Below, in pieces: positions 9,099 through 17,744 of a DNA stretch of 64,000 nt. Each line of letters begins with the position of its first letter. The stretch's first letter is position 1. A model generated the notes under the pieces. It saw only the letters and a list, made by a program, of their open reading frames with translations. It was not told where the DNA came from and searched no databases. This stretch comes from Candidatus Omnitrophota bacterium (lineage in GTDB: Bacteria; Omnitrophota; Gorgyraeia; Gygaellales; Profunditerraquicolaceae), in contig JAPLLY010000008.1 of NCBI GenBank assembly GCA_026387315.1, forward strand, positions 50,069-114,068, read 5' to 3'. The position numbers and the translations under genes were made by a program.

Positions 9099-9356
9099 TT
9101 ATTTTTTCTTCAACACCCTAATCGCCCAAATAATAAAGCGAGTAAGAAGATAAAATGGATACCCTAAGTATAGGAAAAACAATCCAGCCAATCTAATACC
9201 ATTAAAATTGGCATGAGTCTCTTGGGGACGGGCAAGAAGATCTATAGGGCGAGAATACAAATAATTCTCAAAAAACAATAATATCAATCCAAACATTAAC
9301 AAGCTCAAAAAAATAAGTCCCTCTCTTGCAATGATCTTCTTTATTTTATTATCCAT
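9099..9356 (-). CDS. Small membrane protein (two TM helices), hypothetical
   Basis: 85 aa, with LIFLSLLMFGLILLFF and LAGLFFLYLGYPFYLL. Overlaps the upstream ORF by 8 nt. Confidence 0.45.
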   Translation of the reverse strand: MDNKIKKIIAREGLIFLSLLMFGLILLFFENYLYSRPIDLLARPQETHANFNGIRLAGLFFLYLGYPFYLLTRFIIWAIRVLKKK

Positions 9357-9552
9357 TGGATCCGCGACTCCTTGATTTTTGCAATACTTCAGAAATAAGC
9401 ATCAAACCGAAGCCGGCAAACATAAATCCCCATCCCAAGATATTAAGCAATATTATTTTGGGGCGAATTCCGGAACCCCATAAAGTCACTTGGGGCTGGA
9501 ATCCCAGAATAGCAACGCCAATCATATTAAAAATTAAACCTAATATACTCAT
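9349..9552 (-). CDS. Small membrane protein (two TM helices), hypothetical
   Basis: 67 aa, with ILGLIFNMIGVAILGF and ILGWGFMFAGFGLMLI. First gene downstream of tRNA-Gln. Confidence 0.45.
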   Translation of the reverse strand: MSILGLIFNMIGVAILGFQPQVTLWGSGIRPKIILLNILGWGFMFAGFGLMLISEVLQKSRSRGSNG

Positions 9553-9587
9553 TTCCCCTCTCTATTGGTTTGAATGAGCGTCCAAAG

Positions 9588-9662
9588 TGGTTGCCCCGCA
9601 TGGACTCGAACCATGGTAGTCAGATCCAGAATCTGAAGTCCTACCGATTAGACGACAGGGCA
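9588..9662 (-). tRNA. tRNA-Gln (anticodon CUG), CCA encoded
   Basis: Hand-folded cloverleaf: acceptor TGCCCTG/CGGGGCA (U1-A72), anticodon arm TCAGA-TTCTGGA-TCTGA, T arm CATGG-TTCGAGT-CCATG. Confidence 0.85.
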
Positions 9663-9781
9663 ATAATCTGCGTAACTCTGCTTGTTTGAAAGACTTAGGT
9701 CTTAAACAGTTTTTTCTACTATAGCTTCATTTGACTCTTGTGACCAAATTGTGGCCAAAATTTACCCGTACGCCTTATTAT

Positions 9782-10699
9782 CTACTTTAGAACACCCAGA
9801 AGCTCAAGCTCTCCCATTTCTTTTAAAGACGCAAGAGCTTTTGCTTGCCATTTTAAAAACATACAATTTAAGAATTTTTTGGTTGTTGCTAACTCTCCCT
9901 TATCTATTAACGCTCTTAGTATCCTCACTGCCTGTTCTTTGTCTTCGGCTTTTTTATCTTTGTTTTTTCTAATCTGAGCTACTATCAACTTATGAAAAGC
10001 AAAGACAGCCGGATGGGGCAGGGAAATCTTAACCCCTTCAACTTCTGCATTGATAACACGCTGAGTAAGCAGACTTACTGAGCCTCCGATAAATAATGGG
10101 TACATTGGTGGCCTAGATTTGAGCCTGATGCAAGGCGCGACGACGAGACAGTAGTCAAGGCGCTACGGCCAGGAGGGAGCAACGCGGCAGCAGGCCAAAG
10201 CTAGGCCACCCCGAAGGGGCTGGCCGCTTTTGGGCTGCGACTGCGTCGCTCGTCCTTGGCGTAGTGCAAGACTACGCCGGCGTCCTCTCTCCATTATTTA
10301 TTGGAGGCTCAGTTAATATCTCAAAGGCTGAGCGTTGATACTTAATTCTTTCACAGGAAACGGCTTATCTGATCCGCGGCCCTTCTCAGGAACTAAAAAC
10401 TCAATGGCAGGATCGGGGTGCTCAAGCCTAATATAACCTTCTCTCCCTTGAAACCCGACCACAAATCCCAGATCTTTTAATAACTCCAACAAATCAACCT
10501 TGGCCTTAACCTTAATTGATCCAGGAACCATAAAATCAATATCTCTGCTACGTATAGAAGATGAATATTTTACCGTCTTAAAGTAGCCTTGATAAAACGG
10601 TATACACCAACTCCCAACCAAGATAAGATTCTTTAATGCTCCCGCCTTATCTAACCTACGCAGAACTTCAACGCATAATTCATACTGCTGCTTTTCCAC
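9782..10699 (-). pseudogene. Nucleotidyltransferase-fold gene (GSU2403/AbiEii-like by my recollection) split into 128-aa and 107-aa ORFs by an inserted element
   Basis: The N-terminal part carries the NTase motif LVGSW...SRDIDFMV. The C-terminal part carries ...PHPAVFAFHKLIVAQIRKNKDK.... Both ORFs share one reading frame and are separated by 207 nt containing three in-frame stops. Confidence 0.55.
10078..10312. mobile_element. MITE-like 235-bp element with 22-bp terminal inverted repeats, flanked by TTA on both sides
   Basis: CTGAGCCTCCGATAAATAATGG (10078-10099) matches the reverse complement of 10291-10312 at 21 of 22 positions. The interior is visibly GC-rich, with a long stem GGTGGCCTAG-a-TTTG-a-GCCTG / CAGGC-CAAA-g-CTAGGCCACC and the hairpin GGCGTAGT-gcaag-ACTACGCC. 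Confidence 0.6.
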
Positions 10700-11000
10700 G
10701 CAAAGAACTCCTCAAAAATTTAACTTGCTTTTTAAGCTTAGATAATGACTTCCGGTACTTATCTTTATATTCCTTATCTTCCTTGTATTTTTTTATCTGA
10801 TCATCTGATAGTTTACCCTTATATACATATCTTAGCTTATCTTTTTCTCTATTTACCAAATAGTAATACTTATGGCCTTTGATATTCTTCAGAGAAAGGC
10901 ACCCTTTCGGAAGTTTATTTAGCGCAATTTTATACTCCTTCTCCATGCGCAGAGAATTCTGTAATTCTTCGGCTAAAACCCCTTTAATTGCGCCTTTCAT
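10680..11000 (-). CDS. Small basic hypothetical protein, upstream partner of the split NTase gene
   Basis: ATG at 11000 lies 5 nt after GGAGAA. Lys-rich (…KYKEDKEYKDKYRKSLSKLKKQ…). Its 3' end overlaps the NTase ORF start by 20 nt, which suggests an operon. Confidence 0.5.
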   Translation of the reverse strand: MKGAIKGVLAEELQNSLRMEKEYKIALNKLPKGCLSLKNIKGHKYYYLVNREKDKLRYVYKGKLSDDQIKKYKEDKEYKDKYRKSLSKLKKQVKFLRSSLRGKAAV

Positions 11001-11011
11001 ACGTTCTCCAT

Positions 11012-11113
11012 GGTTAACCAACAATTACACAAATAATATACCCTGCTGGTTAACAAATGTCAATAAAATATGTTAACCAACAAAAACGATAATTATCAAT
11101 TTTGTTGGTTAAC
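11012..11113. promoter_or_regulatory. Four GTTAAC-core sites, including a perfect 14-bp inverted repeat (11072-11085 / 11100-11113)
   Basis: GGTTAACCAACAA (11012-11024), CTGGTTAACAAA (11046-11057), and GTTAACCAACAAAA ... TTTTGTTGGTTAAC. All lie at or upstream of the start of the 10680-11000 gene. Confidence 0.5.
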
Positions 11114-11361
11114 TAAACTTCTGGGGTAATTGGCTAAATGTTCGAGATTGGATCTATTTTATGGCCTGGAGTATTTTATTTTAATTTACCGTAACCATGG
11201 TTTCGGTAAACACTTGTAACTCTTCTGCTTTTTTATCTGTTTTATCAATCGGCTCTTGTGACCATATTACACTTTAATGGGCCGTTTTATAATTATAGCA
11301 ACCAGCCAAAATATATACCCGCGCCCCAAGAGATTGCTCTAAAAAATACCTGATTTGAAGG

Positions 11362-11388
11362 AAATAAAAAGCCGGGATAAACCCGGCT
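11362..11388 (-). terminator. Rho-independent terminator (AGCCGGG-tttat-CCCGGCT + TTTTTATTT on the minus strand)
   Basis: Read directly. Lies about 50 nt downstream of the small lipoprotein ORF. Confidence 0.6.
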
Positions 11389-11435
11389 CAAGCTAACTTA
11401 TCTAAAGACTGATCAATTATTAGTTTACTTTAAAA

Positions 11436-11603
11436 TTACCAGAGATTCTCTTTTACCCAGGCATCAGCAGCATTAACCGCCTTGGCGTCTTCTTTAAATC
11501 CTTCCTTGGCACCTTGCGCGAATCCCGTTGTCCCTTTAACCAGGGTGCACCCGCTAGTCAAAAAAACAAAAAGGATAAACAACAAAAATGACTTTTTAAC
11601 CAT
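11436..11603 (-). CDS. 55-aa lipoprotein (below the ORF-track size cutoff)
   Basis: MVKKSFLLFILFVFLTSGCTLVKG... with lipobox LTSGC. RBS AGAGGGGG lies upstream and a terminator follows. Confidence 0.55.
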   Translation of the reverse strand: MVKKSFLLFILFVFLTSGCTLVKGTTGFAQGAKEGFKEDAKAVNAADAWVKENLW

Positions 11604-11968
11604 TATTGCCCCCTCTTGGTTAGGCTTAAATTATTATCTTGCATTTAATATTATTATGAATCTAACACTATAATATCAGATTCTAATAATTTATCAAGCT
11701 TTCCTGTAAAAATTAATAGTACATAAGAAGAAGGCTGTTCTAACTTTGACATAGAAAAAATAGAAAGGCAAGGGGGAAATTCTATTGGCTTTTATTTCTG
11801 GGCATTGCCTGCCCGCTGGTAGTTTACCCCTTGCCTTTAACTATATTAACCTTACTAAGTAAATATAACACAAATTTACTACCAATTTCAAGGGACGAAA
11901 AAAATACTTTTAAGCTTAGGCTATTGGCCCTCTTCTATCTAATTTAAACATAGGCGTCTGGCTAAAAC

Positions 11969-13261
11969 CTATTTTACCCATTTTAATAATCTCTTTCGGC
12001 TGCGCTCTTTTCCCAGGTAATAAATTACTTCAAATAGCCCTGGCCCGATAGTCTTACCGGTAAGAGCAACGCGGATAGGATGAATTAATTTTTTAGCCTC
12101 AATACCCAGCTCTGCCACTAACTCTCGAAAACTGCCCTCGATATTAATAATCTCAAAACTGGACAGATTATCCAACCTTTGAGCAAACAGGTTAAATTCT
12201 TTGGATAAATCCTGGGCCAGATATTTCTCTTTTGCCGCCTCTTCAATAACCGGCTCATCCAGAAAGAAGAAATCCGCCCAATCTAAAAAATCATTAAGCC
12301 GGGGAAGCCTGGTTTGAAATAATTTCACTAAAACTAAGAGATAACCGCGATCAAAGTTATCTCTATTTATATAATGCTTTGCCTCAAGCAATGGGATAAG
12401 TTCATCAGCTAGCTTTTCCGGATCAGCACCTTTAAGATATTGGTTATTTATCCAATCCAATTTCTTTAAATCAAAGGCAGCTTGAGTTTTATTCACGTTT
12501 TTTATATCAAATAATTTCACTGCCTCTTGGACGCTGATTAATTCGCGATTATCACCCGGGGCCCAACTAAGCAGTAACAGATAATTTAACAACGCCTCAG
12601 ATAAATATCCCATTTTACGATAATCACTAATCGCGGTAGCGCCTGTCCTCTTAGAAAGCCTGCCCCCATCTACCCCCATAATCAAAGGCAGGTGCGCGAA
12701 TTGCGGCAACCCAAATCCCAGAGCCTCATAGAGAAGGATTTGCTTGGGCGTGTTAGAAATATGGTCATCTCCGCGAATAATATGCGTAATATTCATCTGG
12801 GCATCATCTACCACGCAGGCAAAATTATAAGTGGGAGTTCCGTCGGACTTAATTAACACCTGATCCTTAATCAGGCTGGAATCAAACTCAATCTCCCCGC
12901 GAATTAAATCTCGCGCTTTAATTTTCCGCGCGGGTACCTTGTAAATTATCGCTTCTTTTCCTTCAGGAGATTTTTCAATATAGGCTAAACCGGCTTTAAG
13001 CAGCCTATCCGCGTGCAATCGATATTGATCAAAACGTTCACTCTGATAATAAAGCTCATCCCAATTAAAACCCAGCCACTTAAGGCTATCGAGTATTTCA
13101 TCCACAAATTCTTGCTTAGAGCGTTCCCTGTCTGTGTCTTCAATCCTTAAAATAAACTTGCCTTTTTGCGACTGGGAAAAAAGCCAATTAAACAACGCGG
13201 TGCGCCCTCCGCCAATATGCAAATTTCCCGTTGGACTAGGCGCGAACCTGACTCTAACCAT
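11969..13261 (-). CDS. gltX: Glutamyl-tRNA synthetase (short form, 430 aa)
   Basis: VRFAPSPTGNLHIGGGRTALFNWL (HIGH motif) and LSKRTG (KMSKS-type motif). Confidence 0.9.
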   Translation of the reverse strand: MVRVRFAPSPTGNLHIGGGRTALFNWLFSQSQKGKFILRIEDTDRERSKQEFVDEILDSLKWLGFNWDELYYQSERFDQYRLHADRLLKAGLAYIEKSPEGKEAIIYKVPARKIKARDLIRGEIEFDSSLIKDQVLIKSDGTPTYNFACVVDDAQMNITHIIRGDDHISNTPKQILLYEALGFGLPQFAHLPLIMGVDGGRLSKRTGATAISDYRKMGYLSEALLNYLLLLSWAPGDNRELISVQEAVKLFDIKNVNKTQAAFDLKKLDWINNQYLKGADPEKLADELIPLLEAKHYINRDNFDRGYLLVLVKLFQTRLPRLNDFLDWADFFFLDEPVIEEAAKEKYLAQDLSKEFNLFAQRLDNLSSFEIINIEGSFRELVAELGIEAKKLIHPIRVALTGKTIGPGLFEVIYYLGKERSRKRLLKWVK

Positions 13262-13790
13262 GATTTAATTTTGCTCCTTCTGCTAAAGCTAACTCATTAA
13301 CCTCTAAAATTTTTAAATTACCGGCCGGAGCCATAGATCTAAACACTTTTAAAATATTTTTAACCTTGATAATTTTCTTAGCCGCGGCAAAACAACCTAA
13401 GGCTGCCATATTGGCAACTTTAATGTTGCCTAATTTTATGGCAATATCCGTAAATGGAAATTGTAATATTTCTACCTGATCAGATGTATCAATTTTAGCT
13501 AACGAAGAATTGAGAATTAACAACCCATTATTTTTAACCTTACCTTTGAATCTTTCTAATGAGGGATTATTTAAAATTATCAGCGTATCTGCCTGAGTTA
13601 TATATGGTGAGCCAATCTCTTGATCAGAGATGATCACCATACAGTAGCTGGCCCCTCCGCGCACCTCCGGCCCATAAGCCGGAAACCAGGTAACCTGCTT
13701 ACCTTCAAGCATGGCGGTTTGCGCTAAAACCTTACCCAAAAGCATTACTCCCTGGCCGCCGCTGCCGGCGATAATTATACGTTCAAGCAT
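13254..13790 (-). CDS. 2-oxoacid:ferredoxin oxidoreductase, gamma subunit
   Basis: [19 protein letters not shown]...YGPEVRGG is typical of the POR/KOR gamma subunit. Overlaps its neighbours in an operon. Substrate not assignable. Confidence 0.8.
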   Translation of the reverse strand: MLERIIIAGSGGQGVMLLGKVLAQTAMLEGKQVTWFPAYGPEVRGGASYCMVIISDQEIGSPYITQADTLIILNNPSLERFKGKVKNNGLLILNSSLAKIDTSDQVEILQFPFTDIAIKLGNIKVANMAALGCFAAAKKIIKVKNILKVFRSMAPAGNLKILEVNELALAEGAKLNHG

Positions 13791-14512
13791 TTAATCCTTC
13801 CCAAGGGAAATTCCTTCCGCATAACAATCCTAATCCAATCCAATGATTCCTTAGGGGATAATCCCCAATAAGTCGGGCAGGGAGAAAGTATTTCCACTAA
13901 AGAAAACCCTAAATTGTTTATTTGATTTTCAAATGCCTGCTTAATTGCGCGTTTAGCTTTTAACACTTCTTGAGGGCTCTGTAAAGAAACCCGCTCGATA
14001 TAACAAACGCCGGGCAATAACGCCAGCATCTCAGAAATTTTTAAAGGATGGCCGTGAGCTTTTTTCTCTCTACCCTCAATAGAAGTAGAGGTCTTCTGGC
14101 CTAAAAGCGTAGTCGGAGCAAGCTGCCCTCCGGTCATGCCATATACCGCGTTATTGATAAAAACTACCGAGAGATTTTCTCCGCGATTTGCCGCGTGAAT
14201 AGTTTCATTGGTGCCAATCGCGGCTAAATCTCCGTCCCCTTGATAAGTAAAAACAATGTTCTGCGGATGTACTCTTTTTATCGCTGTGGCCACCGCCAGG
14301 GCCCGGCCATGCGCAGCCTCTGAACAATCAAAATTCCAATAATCATAAGCCACCACCGCGCAACCTACCGGAGCAATACCAATAGTTTTCTCTCTAATGC
14401 CTAGCTCTTGGACTACTTCCGCCACCAGCCGATGGGCAATACCATGCCCGCAACCCGGGCAATAATGCGTAGGCACATCATATAAAGATTGGCAATGTTT
14501 AAGTGTCTTCAT
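13775..14512 (-). CDS. 2-oxoacid:ferredoxin oxidoreductase, beta (TPP-binding) subunit
   Basis: [12 protein letters not shown] and GDGD...[14 protein letters not shown]-binding motifs. Confidence 0.85.
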   Translation of the reverse strand: MKTLKHCQSLYDVPTHYCPGCGHGIAHRLVAEVVQELGIREKTIGIAPVGCAVVAYDYWNFDCSEAAHGRALAVATAIKRVHPQNIVFTYQGDGDLAAIGTNETIHAANRGENLSVVFINNAVYGMTGGQLAPTTLLGQKTSTSIEGREKKAHGHPLKISEMLALLPGVCYIERVSLQSPQEVLKAKRAIKQAFENQINNLGFSLVEILSPCPTYWGLSPKESLDWIRIVMRKEFPLGRIKCLNV

Positions 14513-15579
14513 TATAATATTTTCTTAATCATATTAATAATCTGTTCTTCGCTAGGAACTCCGCCGCCTGAACGGCCAAGAAACTCGACCTGCTGCCTGC
14601 CGCCAACCGCCAGCCGAACATCTTCAAGCATCTGGCCGCTAGACATCTCAATTACCAGAAATGACGGATGACGGATGACGGATGACGGATGACGAAACGC
14701 ATTTACAGGAAAAGGCCACAGAAAAATTGGCCTGATTAACCCAACTTTATATCCTTCTTTTCTAAGCTTAAACATAGCGCCTCTTGCTATCCTCGCCATT
14801 GTGCCATAGGCGACCAGAATAACCTTTGCGTCGGAGGAAAATAAATCTTCATAACGCTCTTCTTTCTTCCTAATAATTTCATAATTTCTTTGCAGCTTCA
14901 GGTTAGCTTCCTCCAAAGCTCCTTCGCGCAGAAAGAACGACTTAACGATATTGGGCTTTCTTCCTTGGCAACCAGTAAGCGCCCACGGTTTTATTTTTTG
15001 TTTCCGTATTCCGTATTCCGTATTCCGTCTTCTGATAATTACCGGCTCCATCATTTGGCCTAATATGCCATCACCCAAAATCATAACCGGAATACGATAT
15101 TTATCCGCTAAATCAAAACCGGTTTGCGTAAGATCATAAGCTTCTTGCACGCAAGCCGGAGCTAAGACTATCAAGTGATAGTCTCCGTGCCCTCCGCCGC
15201 GCGTAGCTTGAAAATAATCCGATTGCGCGGGAGCGATATTCCCCAAACCCGGCCCGCCGCGCATAATATTGACAATCACCGCCGGAAGCTGTGAGCCGGC
15301 AATATAAGATATTCCTTCCTGCATTAAGCTTATTCCCGGGCTTGAAGATGAAGTTATTGCCCTTGCCCCGGCAGCCGAAGCCCCATAAACCATATTAATC
15401 GCGGCCAGTTCTGACTCTGCCTGAATAAAGACACCTTGCTTAGGCATGTGTTTTGCCATATAGGCAATAATTTCATTCTGCGGAGTAATCGGATACCCGG
15501 CATAAAAACTACAACCCGCCTGAATTGCTCCCTGGGCAATTGCTTCATTACCACTTAATAGTATTTTTGTCTTAACCAT
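14512..15579 (-). CDS. 2-oxoacid:ferredoxin oxidoreductase, alpha subunit
   Basis: [31 protein letters not shown] is a typical alpha-subunit N-terminus. Contains two in-frame heptamer arrays. Confidence 0.85.
   Translation of the reverse strand: MVKTKILLSGNEAIAQGAIQAGCSFYAGYPITPQNEIIAYMAKHMPKQGVFIQAESELAAINMVYGASAAGARAITSSSSPGISLMQEGISYIAGSQLPAVIVNIMRGGPGLGNIAPAQSDYFQATRGGGHGDYHLIVLAPACVQEAYDLTQTGFDLADKYRIPVMILGDGILGQMMEPVIIRRRNTEYGIRKQKIKPWALTGCQGRKPNIVKSFFLREGALEEANLKLQRNYEIIRKKEERYEDLFSSDAKVILVAYGTMARIARGAMFKLRKEGYKVGLIRPIFLWPFPVNAFRHPSSVIRHPSFLVIEMSSGQMLEDVRLAVGGRQQVEFLGRSGGGVPSEEQIINMIKKIL
14661..14695. repeat. Five tandem heptamers ATGACGG(A) inside the alpha-subunit CDS
   Basis: Read directly. 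Translated as ...[12 protein letters not shown].... Confidence 0.9.
15004..15031. repeat. Four tandem heptamers CCGTATT/CCGTCTT inside the alpha-subunit CDS
   Basis: Read directly. Translated as ...[11 protein letters not shown].... The unit is a near reverse complement of the 14661 array (ACGGAAT versus ACGGATG). Confidence 0.9.
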
Positions 15580-15600
15580 AATTTTAAATTCTAAACAATA

Positions 15601-15677
15601 GTTGTAAGTTATAAGTTATAAACTTACCGCTTACGACTTACCGCTTACGACTTACGACTTACCGCTTACGACTTACT
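15601..15677. repeat. Heptamer-periodic imperfect palindrome (GTAAGTT... / ...CTTACCG CTTACGA)
   Basis: Left arm has TAAG-containing units and right arm has CTTAC-containing units. It fills the gap between the delta and alpha subunit genes and supplies the last codons (VSRKR*) of the ferredoxin gene. Confidence 0.8.
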
Positions 15678-15883
15678 CGTTCTTTATACACCTCAATACA
15701 GCAATCCGGACAAATCACCGCGCACTGCATACAACCGATACAATCACCATTTAAATCATACTCCACGAAATTCAATCCCTGTTTATTTAATTTTACGCTT
15801 TTCTTAATCAAGCCCTTGGGACAAAAATTTACGCATAAAAAACAACCCTTGCACCTATTCTGATTAATTATAATTTTAGCCAT
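15659..15883 (-). CDS. 4Fe-4S dicluster ferredoxin (oxidoreductase delta subunit)
   Basis: Two Cys clusters, CKGCFLCVNFCP and CIGCMQCAVICP. Confidence 0.8.
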   Translation of the reverse strand: MAKIIINQNRCKGCFLCVNFCPKGLIKKSVKLNKQGLNFVEYDLNGDCIGCMQCAVICPDCCIEVYKERVSRKR

Positions 15884-17741
15884 TATTTTTTATCACCTGC
15901 TGAATATTCGCGGCAATCCCGCTAGCCGTAAGTTTATATTTTTCCAAAAGCAATCCTCTGGCGCCATGTGGAATAAATTCAAATGGCAAGCCGAGGCGTT
16001 CCACCGGCTTATTTAACTGCTGGGCAACCGCGCTGCCAAAACCCGCGTCCCTTATCCCTTCTTCAATGGTAAAAATAAATTTTCCCTCCCCGCAAACTCG
16101 ACTAATTAATTCCATATCCAGCGGCGCGGCAAACCGGGCATCGATTAAACTGCCGGATAACCCTTCCTGATTTAATAACTCCAGGGCTCCCTTAGCCGCC
16201 AGGACCATGCTGCCTAAAGCAATAATTGTGAAATCCTTGCCCTCTTTAATTAATTGCCCCTGCCCTAATTTCAAGGGAGCCGCAAGATTACCCTCCCAAG
16301 AAGCCTCTGCGCGAGGATATCTTATGGCTACCGGCTTATCTAACTGCAAAGCAAACTCTAACATCTGCTCCAGCTGGCGGCCATCTCCAGGAGCCATGAC
16401 CACCAAATTCGGAATACTCCTTAAATAAGCAATATCAAATATGCCTTGATGGGTAACTCCGTCTTCTCCCACAATTCCCGCCCGGTCAATGGCAAAAATT
16501 ACCGGCAGCTCTTGTAATGAAACCTCCTGAATAATCTGGTCATACGCGCGCTGTAAGAATGTAGAGTATATTGCCACTACCGGCTTAAGCCCCTGTTTAG
16601 CCAGCCCGGCGGCAAAACAAACCGCATGGGCCTCGGCAATGCCGCAATCAAAAAATCTTTCCGGGAAACAATCCCGGAATTTATCCAGACCTGTTCCCTC
16701 CGGCATCGCGGCAGTAATCGCCACAATCCGTTTATCACTTTGCGCCAACCGCGCTATTTTATCACGAAATATTTCAGTATAGCTTTTTATTCCGGGTGAA
16801 GATTTCTTAATTACCACTTCACCCGTATGGATATCAAAGTGGCTGACCCCATGGAACCTTACCGGATCTTTTTCAGCAAACGAACAACCCTTGCCTTTTT
16901 TAGTCACGATATGCAAAAGGCGGGGGCCTTTAATCCCCAGGATATTTTTTAATGTAGAAATTAAGGCGCTTAGATCGTGCCCATCGATAGGGCCAAAATA
17001 GCGGAATCCCAGTTCTTCGAACAATATACCGGGAACGAATAATCCTTTTAATCCTTCTTCAAACTTAGCCATAAGTTTTATCAGGCGGCTGCCGCGCGGA
17101 ACACGGGTTTTTAAAAAATTCTCCAAATTATCGTGGAAACGGTTATACACCGGTAAAGAAATAATTTTATTCAAATAATTACTAATCGCCCCCACATTCG
17201 GAGCAATACTTAATTCATTGGTGTTTAAAACCACTAAAATATCTTTTTTCAAATGCCCGGTATTATTCAGGCCTTCAAAACAAAGGCCGCCGCTTAAAGA
17301 TCCATCCCCAATCACACAAGCAACTTTAAATTGCTCCTCTTTAGGCAAAAAATCCCTGGCGCAGGCAAGCCCTAAGCCTAAAGAAACCGCGCTGGAGCTA
17401 TGGCCGCAAGTAAAGGGATCATAAACTGACTCATCTTTTGAAGGAAAACCGCTTAACCCCTGATACTGCCTAAGCGTGGAAAAATTTCTGTTGCGCCCGG
17501 TTAATATTTTGTGCGCGTAAGCCTGATGCCCCACATCAAAAATAATTTTATCTTTAGGGGTATTCAAGCAATAATGCAAAGCCACGATTAACTCCACTGC
17601 CCCCAGGCTAGAAGCCAAATGCCCGCCGGTTACAGAAACAACTTCGATCAGCCTCTGGCGAATCTCCGCGCTAAGGCAGCCAAGCTGATCCAAGTTTAAA
17701 TTCTTTAAATCCAATGGTGAATTTATTTTTTCTAAAAGCAT
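15876..17741 (-). CDS. dxs: 1-deoxy-D-xylulose-5-phosphate synthase
   Basis: TGGHLASSLGAVELIVALHY, GDGSLSGG, and full-length transketolase-like architecture (621 aa). Confidence 0.9.
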   Translation of the reverse strand: MLLEKINSPLDLKNLNLDQLGCLSAEIRQRLIEVVSVTGGHLASSLGAVELIVALHYCLNTPKDKIIFDVGHQAYAHKILTGRNRNFSTLRQYQGLSGFPSKDESVYDPFTCGHSSSAVSLGLGLACARDFLPKEEQFKVACVIGDGSLSGGLCFEGLNNTGHLKKDILVVLNTNELSIAPNVGAISNYLNKIISLPVYNRFHDNLENFLKTRVPRGSRLIKLMAKFEEGLKGLFVPGILFEELGFRYFGPIDGHDLSALISTLKNILGIKGPRLLHIVTKKGKGCSFAEKDPVRFHGVSHFDIHTGEVVIKKSSPGIKSYTEIFRDKIARLAQSDKRIVAITAAMPEGTGLDKFRDCFPERFFDCGIAEAHAVCFAAGLAKQGLKPVVAIYSTFLQRAYDQIIQEVSLQELPVIFAIDRAGIVGEDGVTHQGIFDIAYLRSIPNLVVMAPGDGRQLEQMLEFALQLDKPVAIRYPRAEASWEGNLAAPLKLGQGQLIKEGKDFTIIALGSMVLAAKGALELLNQEGLSGSLIDARFAAPLDMELISRVCGEGKFIFTIEEGIRDAGFGSAVAQQLNKPVERLGLPFEFIPHGARGLLLEKYKLTASGIAANIQQVIKNNG

Positions 17742-17744
17742 CCC

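Noticed and set aside
11640-11968. T-box or other leader upstream of gltX
   Set aside because: I found no specifier or T-box (…GGTGGTACCGCG-like) sequence. There is only an 11-bp long-range inverted repeat of unknown meaning.
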